Shown: piece after piece, positions 35,916 through 48,590 of the stretch
Layout of the letters: every line of letters starts with the position of its first letter
Position numbering within the stretch: the stretch's first letter is position 1
Assembly (NCBI GenBank): GCA_013239625.1
Contig: MU057051.1
Location: 2,353,603-2,417,602 of the forward strand
Length of the DNA stretch: 64,000 nt
Reading direction: 5' to 3'
From: Lama guanicoe
Lineage: Eukaryota
Made by a program: the position numbers and the translations under genes
The notes under the pieces: model-generated
Told to the model about the DNA's origin: nothing
Database searches by the model: none
The model's input: only the letters and a program-made list of their open reading frames with translations

Positions 35916-36717
35916 ACGAATGATAAATGCTGGAGAGGATGTGGAGAAAAGGGAGCCCTCCTCTACTGCTGGTGGGAATGCAGTTTGGTGCAGTCATTAT
36001 GGAAAATAGTACAGAGATTCCTCAAAAAACTAAAAATAGACTTACCATATGATCCAGCAATCCCCCTTCTGGGTATATATCTGCAGGGAACTCTAATTCA
36101 AAAAGATATATGCACCCCAGTGTTTATAGCAGCACTATATACAATAGCCAAGACATGGAAGCAACCTAAATGTCCATCGACCCATAACTGGATAAAGATG
36201 TTGTAGTATATTTATACAGTGGAATACTACTCAGCCATAAAAAGAATAAAATAATGCCATTTGCAGCAACATGGATGGACCTAGAGATTATCATTCTAAG
36301 TGAAGTAAGCCAGAAAGCGAAAGAAAAATACTATATGATATCACTTACATGTGGAATCTAAAAAAAAAAGAAGACAGAAAAAGAGGACACTAATGAACTC
36401 ATCTACAAAACAGAAATGGATTCACAGACATAGTAAACAATTTTATGGTTACTGGGGGAAAGGGGGTGGGAAGGGATAAATTTGGGAGTTTGAGACTTGC
36501 AAAAGTTAACCACTATATATAAAAATAGATAAAAACAAATTTCTTCTGTATAGCACAGGGAACTATATTCAATATCTTGTATTAACCTATAATGAAAAAG
36601 AATATGAAAAGGAATATATGTGTGTGTATGTGTATATATATGCATGACTGGGACATTATGCTGACACCAGAAATCAATACATTGTAACTGACTATACTTC
36701 AATGAAAAGAAAAAAAA
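35916..36717 (+). mobile_element. 5'-truncated camelid L1 (ORF2 C-terminus plus 3'UTR)
   Basis: Peptide [27 protein letters not shown]...[13 protein letters not shown]...FIAALYTIAKTWKQPKCPS is the ORF2 zinc-knuckle end; A-rich tail. Confidence 0.95.
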
Positions 36718-37429
36718 TGATAAAGTGGAATAAAAAAATCTCCAAAGAAAGAAGCAAACGCAGCAAGCCGAGTGGATTATAAAGCCACATTTATCCTTCA
36801 AAGTAAGTGGTAATCAGTCCCGAGGAGCTAGGAGACTTTCAAATAATGGCCAACATGTGTTGATATTGACAGTGACCCATAAATCTCAATTTCTTTGGAA
36901 GGAAATGTTTGGGCGGCATTTTAATTCCAAGCCATCGAATGAAAAGGACCAAGATTTACCTCTGCCGTGGGTATGAGTGGAGCATCACTGGAAATACAAC
37001 CCGATGGACACTGAGTTAAGCATTAATTGATGGCCTCCAGCATGCTTCCTAACACTCCATTACCCAGATGGGGGGTGCGGCAGCTGAAGCACGGACCAGC
37101 TGAGCCTGGGGTGAGCTGCCATCCAGGAAGGATGAAGGGCCCCGGGTGGCCGCGGCGCGCCTCCCCCAGCATGACTAATCACCGCCACCTCTGTCAGAGC
37201 GCTCTGCCCTCATGTGTGCGGTGGGGGTGCTCTGGAGCCTGCCAAGGCCTTTTCTCGAGGCTTCTGTTGCTTCTCTCCTCAGCAGTTTTCTTATCATGCG
37301 TGGCCAGTCCCAAGCCTGGTCCCTATCTTCCAGCAGAGACAGCAGGCCTTTCTCCAGCTCTCCAGGTTGTTGTGCCCGAGAGGGAGGCTAACTGGCTCCT
37401 TCTCTCCCTTCTGCCGTCTAAAGAAGGCA

Positions 37430-37620
37430 TTACAGTTACCATTGATTTCCTACTTGTTGGACAGTGTGCTCAGTGTTTCTGCATACATCATCTCACTTGA
37501 TCCTTACTCACTGTGTGACGTTGGGCCAGTCACTTGACCTCTGTAAGCCTAGTTTCCTCATCTTTAAAATGGGGACAGTAAGAGCACTCACCCCACAGGG
37601 ATGAAGTGGAATATTCCAAG
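37430..37620 (+). mobile_element. MIR fragments
   Basis: 'tgtgtgacgttgggccagtcacttgacctctgtaagcctagtttcctcatctttaaaatgggga'. Confidence 0.8.
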
Positions 37621-38694
37621 GGAGGCCCTGGCATGTGGGGAAGCTGGCCACTCAGCGCTGCCGGCCCCGAGCTGTGCTGTTAGTTGCTCTCCTCCGTGTT
37701 CCTGGGGCCGTTCCGCTGAGAGAGAGACTGCGTGTCATTGTCTCCGTGTCCCTAGCTCTCAGCACAGCATCTGGGACACAGTTGTGCTCAATAAACATGT
37801 GTGAAATTAGGAAAGAAAAGAGGAAGACTGAGTGAGCCCCAGAAACTGGGTGAGCTGAGAAGCTGGGGCTGGGGGTCCCCAAGCGGCGACATAACAAAGA
37901 GACTTTCACCCTGACCTGAGGGGAAGACTGGAAGAGAGCTTAGAAACCAAACCTTTTGTCAGAGAGAAAAGGAATTAAAGAGTTCCCAGTTTGGCGTCCA
38001 GGGGAGGACAGTGATTTATCCAGAGTCACATGGCCATTTGGTGACAACGTTCAGGCCATAATCCACGGCTGAGGTTTCCTAGTGTGCGCAGTGTTCGATC
38101 CGCCACATTAGGAAATACATTACCGGAAGCAGTCAGAAGACCCTAGGGACGGTGGCCCTGAGCCACCTGCTGGGTCCTAATTCCTGTCTCTGGTGGTGGT
38201 TTAGAGCCTTCTGCCTGCTGCCACCCCACCTCCTTCCCCAGGCCCCTGGGGTCTGCTTCCTGGGCTCTCCCTGCCCTTCTGTCTGAGCACTTGATGAGAA
38301 ATGCGGCAAGACCAGGTGTGAGAGGTGCAGGGGGAAAACACAGGCCTCAGAGTCAGGGAGACCCCAACTCAGATCTCATGGCAGCCTTTTACTGGTTTGG
38401 ACAAGACAGTTAGGCTCAATGAGCCGCAGTTTCTGCACAAGTAAAATGAGAACAACAGTACACACTGTGTAGGTTGTAAGTTGTAAGAACGAAGGCAGCT
38501 TAAGCCAAGTGCTTGGACATGGTAACTGGGCCTCTCCAGCTGGGTGTGAGGCAAAGAACCGCATCTTGTTCGCTTTTATATTTCTTCCTGTTGCCTGGTT
38601 TGCCAGCGCTGAGCACACTCCCTTATGTCTAGTACCAGGTGCCAATTACTAGTTCACTGAGTAAATGAGGAGCTATTTTGTGTTCTTCAGAACT

Positions 38695-38860
38695 CTGCTT
38701 CTCAAAGTGTGGTTGGGGAACCAGCTGCATTGGCACCACCTGAACACTTGTTAGAAGTATAGGATCTTGGAGGCCGTCCCAGATGCACTGAAACAGAACA
38801 TTCCTTTTATTGAGCTCCTCAGGTGACTTGTATGCACATTAAAGTTTGAGAAGCTGTGCT
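38695..38860 (-). mobile_element. MER5A/B
   Basis: 'tgcttctcaaagtgtggtt...caggtgacttgtatgcacattaaagtttgagaagc'. Confidence 0.8.
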
Positions 38861-39630
38861 TTAGAGGGTATCATCTGAAGCGGGGGGAGCACAGAACTCT
38901 TAAGAAAGTCATGAGCATCATGGGGAATTTATAGGCAAAACAACAACACGAACATGATATACATCTCCTCTTCCTACTCCCGCCGTTCTGGAAGTGGGTT
39001 CCTGGTTCCATGGAAACCTAAAGGACTTAGAATAACTTCTGTAAGGTCCACAGTGGGGACAGAGCCAGCTTCTCCGTGCCCCTGTGTGTGTGTGTTTTCC
39101 AGAGTAGACTGTGATCTGGACAGCACTTCTCCCAGGCAGATGGACAGTTGTATCACAGACATAGAGGACAGCCTCTCATCAAGGGTCCCAAGCGACTTCC
39201 GAGTCCCCGTGCTTTTACAGGGGGAGGTAGAGCCAGACCTGCATGGGCGCTCCTGCACTCTGGGATGTTTTCCCCTGATCTCCAGCAAGGATCTGGAATT
39301 GGCCAGATGTACTGACTTAAAACTCGTTTACTTTTAAAAAGCGTTATGTTAGTTAGTCCTTTGTTGAGGCGGTGTATACCCCACAGTCACTTGACATGTG
39401 CCTACTCCATGCCAGGCCTGTGCAGGTCCTGGGGAGACAACGCTGACTACCTTGTCCCTGCTCTTGCAGTGCCCCTGGTCCAGTGAGGAGAGATATGTGG
39501 CCGGTAATTAAAGAACAAAGAGCCAAGTGCTGTGGATGAGAGGTCCACAAGGGGCCTGGGAGAGTGGGCTCAGGCATATACGAGAGAAAGAGAGAGGAGA
39601 GATCCATACATTCATGATTCATATGGGGGC

Positions 39631-39779
39631 GGGGAGGGTGTAGCTCAGTGGTAGAGCACATGCTTAGCATGCACAAGGTCCTAGGTTCAATCCCCAGTAC
39701 CTCCTCTAAAAATAAATAATAAAACCTAATTACCTCCCCCTGCCATAAAATAAAATAAAATAAAGTTAAATAAAATAAC
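39631..39779 (+). mobile_element. Vic-1-type SINE
   Basis: GGGGAGGGTGTAGCTCAGTGGTAGAGC...GGTTCAATCCCCAGTACCTCC with a (TAAAA)n tail. Confidence 0.92.
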
Positions 39780-41029
39780 ATATAGAGAGACAGAGAGAGA
39801 AGTCAAATAGTTCTTCAAAACACACACACATACAAGTATGCATGTATGTATAGAGATAAAATACTAAAATGTTAACAGTTACTGAATGTCTCTGGAGGGA
39901 CTTTGGTAATTCATTGTGCTACCCTTTCAATTTTTTCTATACTGGGACACCTTGGTAATAAAAAGTGGGAGGAACCCTGGGAGTGTTACATGAATCAGGC
40001 GAGAATTACAATGGAGGACGACTTGGGGCATAGCAGGTGCTTACAAACGTTTGTTCCATAGCCAGCAGTGCATAGCTGCATTACGTAGTTCCACATACAT
40101 GTACAATCCTATTTTTATCCTCAGAACAACCCTGTGGGCTCTCTAATCACCCCATTCACAACTGAAAAGCAGAGGCCTAGACACCACGGTGATCTGCCCA
40201 AGGCCACCTGTGGGTAAGTGACGTAGCAGGACTGAGACCATGTTTTTAGACTCCAAATCCAGTTCTCTTCTCACCCAGAGTCTCCCTTATGAGTCCGTGG
40301 TTTATCAGAAACTAACAAAGCCTGTGCCAGGAACCGAGAGCCCAGACACAAAGGGGGCCCCAGTGTTTATCTTCCCAGTCCTGCTCTGTCCTTGCCTCCT
40401 CTTGGGTCTGCAGGGCTGGAGGAGGGTGGCAGGCAACAGGGAGAAGATGGCAGCTGACCTTGGCTCAGCCTGGGTGGGTCTCGGCTGCGGCCTGGCTGAC
40501 GGCAGCCTTCCTGTGTAGGGAAGTGGCCTCTCCGCGTCCGAGTGGAGAGCGCTGTGTGGGCTCACACGGAGCACCTCCCTGTGAAGACGGCGGTGCCTCA
40601 GGTGCTGCGCCAGAGGGTGAGTTTCATCACTTACCCGCAACCTGAGCCAGACAAGCAGCCCCTTCCTGGTCTCCTGCCAGTTATTGCTCCTGCTGCCAGA
40701 AAGTCTTAATCACGCTGCTGGAAAGGGCCGAGCCCCCCCACCCCTCCCAGCTGCCAGCTGGCTCCTGAGGCCTCAGCTGGGCCATGGCTTCCCCAGCCCC
40801 TACAGCAAAGGCCCCCTCTTTGGGCCTGGTGCAGAGGGTGCAGGCTTACTACTCACTTTGTAATCTCAGGTATATTTATAAGCCTCTTTTTCTAACTCTG
40901 AAGCTCCCCTGCCCAGGGGAGTTGCTAAAGCTAACAGAAAAGTGATGTAACTGTGGTGTGCCTAGGGACCCCACCCCAGTGCCTGGCGCAGGACCCAGGT
41001 CAGAGCAGGATCTTCAAAGGGTTTGCTGG

Positions 41030-41428
41030 AGTAACACCAGCTCAATTGTATTCTCCGCCTCCACCCCCAAATTCATATGTGAAGTCCTAATCCTCGTTAT
41101 GTCAGAATGTGACTGTCTTGGGAGACAGCATCTTCAAAGAGGTAATTAAGTTAAAGTGAGGTCATTAGAGTGGTCCCTACTCCAACGTGACTGGTATCCC
41201 AACGAGAAGAGANNNNNNNNNNNNNNNNNNNNNNNNNNNNNNNNNNNNNNNNNNNNNNNNNNNNNNNNNNNNNNNNNNNNNNNNNNNNNNNNNNNNNNNN
41301 NNNNNNNNNNNNNNNNNNNNNNNNNNNNNNNNNNNNNNNNNNNNNNNNNNNNNNNNNNNNNNNNNTTCTCTTGTTTGAGCCACCTAGTCTGTGGTCTTGT
41401 GTCATGGCAGCCCCAGCAAATGAATACA
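41030..41428 (+). mobile_element. MLT1B-like MaLR solo LTR (contains gap 41213-41365)
   Basis: 'cccccaaattcatatgtgaagtcctaa...cagaatgtgactgt...ttaagttaaagtgaggtcattagagtgg'; ends 'gcaaatgaataca'. Confidence 0.85.
41213..41365. other. Assembly gap (N)
   Basis: N run. Confidence 1.
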
Positions 41429-44403
41429 CTGATGATTGTTGAACGTGGTGGACCTGGACAGGGCTGGTGTGTGGCTGGCTGCATGGGTCTGGCCCAGGCG
41501 CCATCCTCTGAGTGTGGACTTCCCTGCTTAGATTGGTCATCTGGACCTACCCCAGTGAGAGGGGACAAGCTGAGCCCCCCTCTCCCTCCAAGACTCTTCT
41601 CCAGTTCTTTCTGCTTTGACATCACCCATCCTGATCACGAATCTCAGGGATGGGAGCCTCTCTAGGTGGCATGAAGGTGGTGGCCAGGGCATGACAATAC
41701 CGCACCAAAGGACCTAGTCATGGAACAGTTGCAAGACCTCTTAAAAGAAGATTCTCCGGTGCTGTTTTGCTGATATCACCAAGCCACAGAGAAGCTGGGG
41801 AGGGTCCAGCTCAGTTTGTGGAAACAATTCTATATTTAGAGGATTTTCTTGGGTGAAGAGAAATGTTTTAACCTTTTCGAAGCATCCTTGATTGCCTTAA
41901 ATTGGCCCAGAATTTTCAGGCTTAACATCATGGGGCCTCTCCTTTCTTTCAGCTGCCGGATTTGTGCTCACACCTTGTTTCTGAGCTTGACTTTGGGGAA
42001 CCAGGGGCTGCAATGGAGAGTGAGACACGAGGGGACCAGGACTTTGTCCAGGGATGGGTTTCCTCCTGGGCCACTGAGAGGTAGACATCACTCATAGTGG
42101 GCAAGGTGACTGCAAACTTCTAGTTAGAAGTGGCCGGGCCCAGAGAGGCTCAGAGTATGTCCCTGGCTCCCCTGGCACTGACATCCAAAGTGGGAAACCC
42201 CTGAAAGCCAGTGTACCCATGTGGGCTCTGAAGGGGCACCAGTGTGACCAGAAATGAGCACTAATGAAAATTCCAGGGCATTCGCTGCCTTCGCTGCCCC
42301 TTCCTCTCTCTGATCCACAGTGTCCTCTGTCACGTGGGGATGTGATATCTCACAGGAGGGTTGCATGGATTAAGTAAAATAAATAAGCAAAGCATCTGAC
42401 ACATTTTAAAGTTCTGAAAAATAAGAGTTGCTGTCATTTCACATGTCTTGGTTCTACTCAGTTAAAACAACCTAAGCATCAAATGTATATTTTTCATTGT
42501 TAGTACTTGATCAAAAACAGATGTGTGTCTGTTTAAACCAGCATTGGGAAAGGAAAGGTCTCATGGTCGTTTACTGCTTGGCTTGTTCTTACAGAATCTC
42601 GCCTTTGTCCTGCTGGTGTTTGGGAATCTTTGAATAGCTCGAGGCAATTGAGTTGCACTAGGGTTAAGGCAGGGGGCAATGTCCCATGTTGAAAGCGGAT
42701 AGAACTCTGCATATTTCTCTCTCCGGCTAGTGGTTAAATAGCTGACACCAGGCGAGGCAGCCATTGAAGTGTCAGGGCACCACGATGACCTCTCAGTGCG
42801 CCCTGCTGACGCTCAGGATGTCAGTTCTGGAAGGGACCCCACACTACTGGTGAGAAATCAGAGGCGCAGAAGGCAGCCACCCAAGGCTGTTACAGGGCTA
42901 GGGTGGAGGTGTTGAGAGGCCTCAAAGACATTACCCGGGTTTCTTGGCACGTGAGAAAATGAAAACAAACACAACAACAAAAACCACCCTTGCTAGCAGC
43001 CAGACCACAGTGTTCCCAGTTGAACAGAGACAATGCGCACGAACAGAAACAATATGTTACAAGGACCCTGTGCGGCTCTGTTTGCAACAGGACAGAAAGA
43101 AGGCCACTTTGAATCTGAAAACGTGACTAAACAGTCCCTGCTTCCAACGAACAAGGAGTGACTGCCGCTGCCAGCCCTGCCTGCTGGAACAGTATTGATT
43201 AAATTAAGCAACAATGAGTTCACAGCAATTAATCATTAAATTATTTAGATACCGGGTCACTGAGTGGCCCCCTCCCCCTTTGACAGAATCCCATCCAGAA
43301 TTACCCCTGCTGTGCAGCAGTGGCGGTACGGTGGTGAGGGTAGCTGCCCTGCAGAATTGCCTCTGGTTCCCCAACCCTTCCTTAGTCTTAGCCAGCACGA
43401 GCTCCAGTCTTCTCAGAAAACCCCTCTCAGCTCCTCAGGCAGGGATGCCCTCAGGGTGCTCTGGGGTGCACCCTCACCTTGCTGCAGTAAGCCAAATAAT
43501 CCTAGCTTTCATCTGACTCCGGGTATGTTCCTAGTGGCTTTCGGTTGGTGAACTTTTACATCTGTAAAATGGGCATAAGGACACCTGCCCAATATTCTTT
43601 ACAGGGATATTGCGAGAATCAAGTGATATCACGCAGGTGAGAATGAGGTTTTAAAGTTGAAATTGCTGTAGGTGTCTAAACTAGTATGATGTGGAATTTC
43701 CAAAGGGTTCTCTTTTCAGACTTGGAAGAAGATGCTTCTTAAATAGCAGATTCCAATTCAGGCCTCTATTATGTATTTCTGACTCAGTTTCATTGGTATA
43801 AATCCTACCATTTAGAGTTAGGAACAACACTCTAACAAGAAAACTTCAAATAGACTTGCCCACGGGCTGGGGCCCCCGTGAGAAGAAGATCTGTGGGTAC
43901 CAGCCAGGTAAGGCTGCAGAGCTGGTGACTTCTGAGCCCCACCCCCGCCTTTTCCTGCTGATAACATTGTTTTCTGCCAGGGAGTGGCTGGGGTTTCAGC
44001 CAGGCTGGGAGAGAAAGCCACCCACCCAGAAGGAAAGGCAGCCAGCAGCCCAGCCCCTCCCTTTTCCAAACACCAACCTCAGTGGTGGCCCTTCTGCTTC
44101 CAGGGTGAGGGCCAAACTCAGTACCATGTCCTCTGAAGCCCTCACCCCTGGCCCTGGGCTATAGCAAACTTGCCAGGGGATTCCCAATTCCATTATCCAT
44201 TTTCAAGCCTCCAAGACTGGTTCATGCTTTTCCTTCTGCCTGCTGCATCCTTCCACCTCTCCTTCAAGAGTCCACTCATCCATCACTTTCTCTATAAAGC
44301 TTTCTTTGCTAACCTTTCCTGCCTCAACGCCTTGTGATATTTTGTACCTAATTGTGCACTTATCACGCTATGTTGGAATTACACCTCTTCCAATCTCTAA
44401 CCT

Positions 44404-44428
44404 ACACACACACACACACACACACACT
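44404..44428. repeat. (AC)n microsatellite
   Basis: Seen directly. Confidence 0.9.
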
Positions 44429-45164
44429 CTCACGGCTAACTGTTGGGGCCCTGACACTTGGTTGGGAAGTTGTTGATGAGTGGAAGCGTGCTTTTTCGCT
44501 TTTGCAACCTCAGAAATATGCTTTTGTACTAACCATGGGTCCTGGTACACAGAGGGTGGTTAATAGATGCTGTGATTTGCTATGGTTGACCTTATGTTTC
44601 AGTATAAAGCAGTATGTTGTTTTTGCTATTTTGTTTTCTCTTGGGACAAGGATGCTGGAACATTTGTCACTGGAAAGTTTTTCGCAGTCACAGAAAGGCC
44701 AGGCCTCGTTAACTGAGACTCCCAGGCTCTGCCCAGCTTTTGGTCATGCCCAGCTCATATGAAAAGAATTTCCTTGATCCTAGTTTCAGGCCTGCCAAGC
44801 TGTGCTTTACTGAATATGGTTGGTTCATTTTTTGCAATTAGTGTTTTTCTACCAATTACAAGTAAGTCTCAGCTTGGGAATTTTTTTTTTCCCAACATGA
44901 TGATATTTTATTTTGGAGGAATAACTTGTGACTGTCTCGGGGTTTTATATTATTTGGGATATGGCTACTCCTGAGAGATCAATATTCAGGATCAATAGCC
45001 ATTGAGATCCCTCTCCGCTCCAGGGGACTGAGAAATGAAAGCCAGCTTTGTCCTGAAAGCTTGCATTGTTTCTGAGGGAAGAGCTTTAAGCTTGAAAGTC
45101 CGGAGACCTGGGTTCAAGTCAAGTCAATGTTTTACCATTAACTGTCTATTTTTTGCTTTTCTTG

Positions 45165-45405
45165 TGGTTCTCAAGCTGTCGTCCCCAGATCTGTAGCACA
45201 GCACTTGGGAACTTCAGAAATGCAGATTCCTGGACCCACTCTGGCCCACTGAGTTAGAAACTTGCAGATGGGGCCCAGAAATCTTATTTTAATAAGATTT
45301 ATTTATTTAATCAATTTAATAGAATTTATTTTGTAAATAAAGGAGATTTAATAAAATCTTATTTTAATAAGTTTCTGATATGCCCTAAATCTCGAGAATG
45401 TGTGA
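45165..45405 (-). mobile_element. MER5A carrying an internal 75-bp duplication/filler insertion
   Basis: 'gtggttctcaagctg...agaaatgcagattcctgg...ggggcccagaaatc'; insertion flanked by an 18-bp direct repeat. Confidence 0.75.
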
Positions 45406-47299
45406 CTAGTCAAACCCCTTTGTTTTATGATTTTGATGTAAATTTTTCAAGTATTCAAATCATTAAGGTAAATATACTGTATACACACTACATTACATAA
45501 CATTGAGAAGAGACAAAAATTTAGATGTAAAATCAACTGAAGTCTGAACACGTGGGTACATTTTCTTCTAGTGCTTTTTCCCTCAACCACACATGTGCTC
45601 ACAAGACACACACAGTTAGGCACACTGCTTTTGCCCCACTTAGCCCTGGAATGAAAACACTGGTCAGTGCTGCCATTTTGACGTCGCCATAAGAACTGTT
45701 TGTAATGGTGCCACAACACACCGTCCAGTGCTGCGCCAGAATTTACTTCGCCAGGCCCCTGGAGGTGGACTTGTGCAGGTGGAGGTGAAAATGCTGCGGA
45801 CAGACAGGAGGCCTCCCTTTTCGAGCAGTACACCTTCTCTTTACTTCTTCCCACCCCTCCCCCAAAGATCCTACGGTAGAAACACTGAAACTGTGACTGT
45901 TTCAGGAAATAGAGTCATAAACAGAGAGAAAAAGGGACGTTTGCCAGTAGCCCTGAGTTTTTCAGTCATCCGGAAACTTGGGTTCTCCCAAACCCGAATC
46001 CTCTCCTGAAACCCTGAAGCAGCTGAGACATCACTGCGCTACCTTGTGGCAATGCTCAGAATCGCACCCTCTCTTGGGAAGCTTGGCCGCACCCTGAATC
46101 CTCCAGGGTCGGAATGACAGAGTTTGTCTCCTTGCCCTCAGCCTGGCGCCCCAGTGTGAGCCCCAGGCACCTGCCGTTTACCTTACTATAGTAACCCCAC
46201 TCCCTGCTGGACTGACTGGCCTCTGACCCATTGTTCTAGCTTTCATGTCTTACCTCCTTTATTAGACTCCATGGAATACCTTATATATTTGAAACCCAGA
46301 ACAGGTTGTTTTAATACCCCTCTGCTCTGTAAGACAGGGTTATTTTCAGTAACATTCATGCAAAAATAAGTAACAATCACTATTTTCTTGACTTGTTCTT
46401 TAGTTTTAAAGCAATGAACAATTTGAAAAAGAATACATTTCCACTCTAAAGATACTCAAGTTCATTAGAAGTATTTCCTGCAAGAACCAAAATTTTGACT
46501 TACCAAACAAAATATCACACCCCCACAGTTCACCGTAAAATCTATTTGACTGTTTTTAACTTTTAAACACGAAAAACTCTAAGTGGTCACATAGGATAAC
46601 AGAATTGAAGTTCTCAGGTTCTGTTTCTTTGTCTTTACAATCACTATGGTATCATTTTAAATTTTGAATCCGCTGTTAATGCAAAAACAGGCAGTAAGCA
46701 CTATGGGATTTGGAGGCATAAAATGACCAAAGTGAGTTGGGAGGATTCTGAACCATTAGACATTTGCAACGAGCATGTGCCACAGTCCACTACTATTAGG
46801 GGCCAGCTGCACAACTGGGAGGTCTCTAAATTGATGTCGATGGAGAACATTAATTAAAGAAGGAATAAAACTGCGATCATTTGAAGTTTACATATATGTT
46901 AATAAAACTCAACAGTAACCACAGAAGTTTACAGCTGTGACCAAAAAGCTATTTTTGTGGAGAAGGGGTTTTATTTTTTTTTATCGCTGGCATTATATAG
47001 AATTGTGATAATGAAAGAGACACCAGCTTTTAGTAAGTTGTATTAATCGTTTTACACTCTATGGACAATGACCCCCTTATTGCCAGCTTTTAGGGTGGGC
47101 AGCTCCCACCTCCCCACCCATGGTCCACCGGTGACATGACAGTAAGCTAGCTGGGGGCAAGGACTGCTGGTGTAGTCCACAGTTGCACAGTGTGTCTCCT
47201 GCACAAATGCAGCAGCTCTGAGTGTGGGCCCAGGTAGGGTCTCTGAGGATGTCCTCCCTTTTCCTGTACGTGCGGCTGATTTTCTTCACACACTTCAAA

Positions 47300-47662
47300 T
47301 GAAGCAACGTGTCACAACAGATTCAGCACAGAAGCAGGTGAGAAGATCTAGCCACTTCCACTAAGCCAGGCATTAAAGAAATTAGCAAAATTTCTTTGTG
47401 AACCAATGTCCCTCTTCTGACTCACTTTTTTGTTGTTGTTTAGAAAATACAAGTTATTTCTCATAATATCATGTTATACATGTTAACATATGATGAGTAT
47501 GTTGTTTTTAAAAGCATCGAGATTTTAAAATGTTCTCGGTTTTAGTCTCCAATCTGGTAAATACTGATAGCTGTATTCGATATAAAAAAGAGCTCTTTGA
47601 AATTTTAAATAATTTTTGAGAATGTAATGGTGTCCTGGGACCAGAAGCTTCGAGAACTGCTG
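47300..47662 (+). mobile_element. Charlie1-type hAT transposon 3' end
   Basis: 'aacagattcagcacagaagcagg...taagccaggcattaaagaaatt...ggtaaatactgatag...gtcctgggaccagaagcttcgagaactgctg'. Confidence 0.8.
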
Positions 47663-48402
47663 TACTAACGCACTGCCTTAGACACGGCAGATGCCTTTGC
47701 ACACTTGTTCAATGAGTGAGTGATGGAACGGATGGGCTTCGGCTGCTCCCAGGATTTGGAAGCTGTGGCTGGGACTGGAGGGATGGGGTAGGCACCCGTA
47801 GGTAAAGGTGGTGGACACCAATGGAGGGGTACCACTAGAAGGTGAGGGCTGCCAGGGTCTAGGAGCAACTGCCAGCATTTGAAGCAGCATTGCCCCCCGC
47901 CACCGGCCACACCAGTGAGGTGAGTGTGGACCTCAGGCAGTGAGGTGGTAGCTCTGTGTCCTGGGGGTTTCAGGAGGCTCGCCGTCTTCTCTTCCCTTTG
48001 GTGCTGATGGGTGGGCATTGCCGGAAGCTGCCTCCCCTGTGGGAGGAAGCAAGCAGAATGCATTTCTAGGAATGGACCTCTGGCTGTCAAACCACTGGAT
48101 GTGAGCACAATGGTGGGAGATGCCTGTAGCCTCAGGAAGGCAGACCAAGCTCTAGGTGCCTCTCCCTGCTCTGCCCTGAACAGCCACAGGAAGTCGCTTT
48201 GCTGCCGGCTGACTTGACCACAGGAGAGGGTGGGATGAAATGTTTGTGCCGTGTCCGGCATGTACTGGATGCACAGTACATTAGTGGGTCCATTAGCAAT
48301 GTCACTAATAATAATTAAAAAAAATAGTAAGCTGGGAGGGCCAGGGTGGAGGAGGAAGTCCTTCCTGGCCCCTGACTGGTGATAGTTGGATCTTGGTGTA
48401 GA

Positions 48403-48590
48403 CCAAGCATTCTCAGCCTTGGCTCTGTTGACATTTTGTCCTGACTAATTCATAGCTGTGGGAGTATCTTGTCCATTGTAGGATGTTTAACAGCATCCCT
48501 GGTGTCTCACCACTACATGCCAACAGCACTCTGTCCCCAGTACTGACAACCAAAACTGTCTCTGGACATTGCTGAATGTCCCTGGGGGGG
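48403..48590 (+). mobile_element. MER20 hAT MITE
   Basis: 'ttctcagccttggctctgttgacatttt...cattgtaggatgtttaacagcatccctgg...tgacaaccaaaactgtctctggacattgc'. Confidence 0.88.

Noticed and set aside
35904-36206. 100-aa ORF with a C/W-rich zinc-knuckle, plus similar ORFs at 20192-20392 and 31074-31259
   Set aside because: These are decayed L1 ORF2 C-termini in 5'-truncated elements.
47665-48261. Longest ORF in the window (198 aa), also 1098-1595, 32434-32928, 52013-52513 and 59318-59824
   Set aside because: No recognisable domain; the composition is typical of GC-rich non-coding frames, and several overlap repeats.
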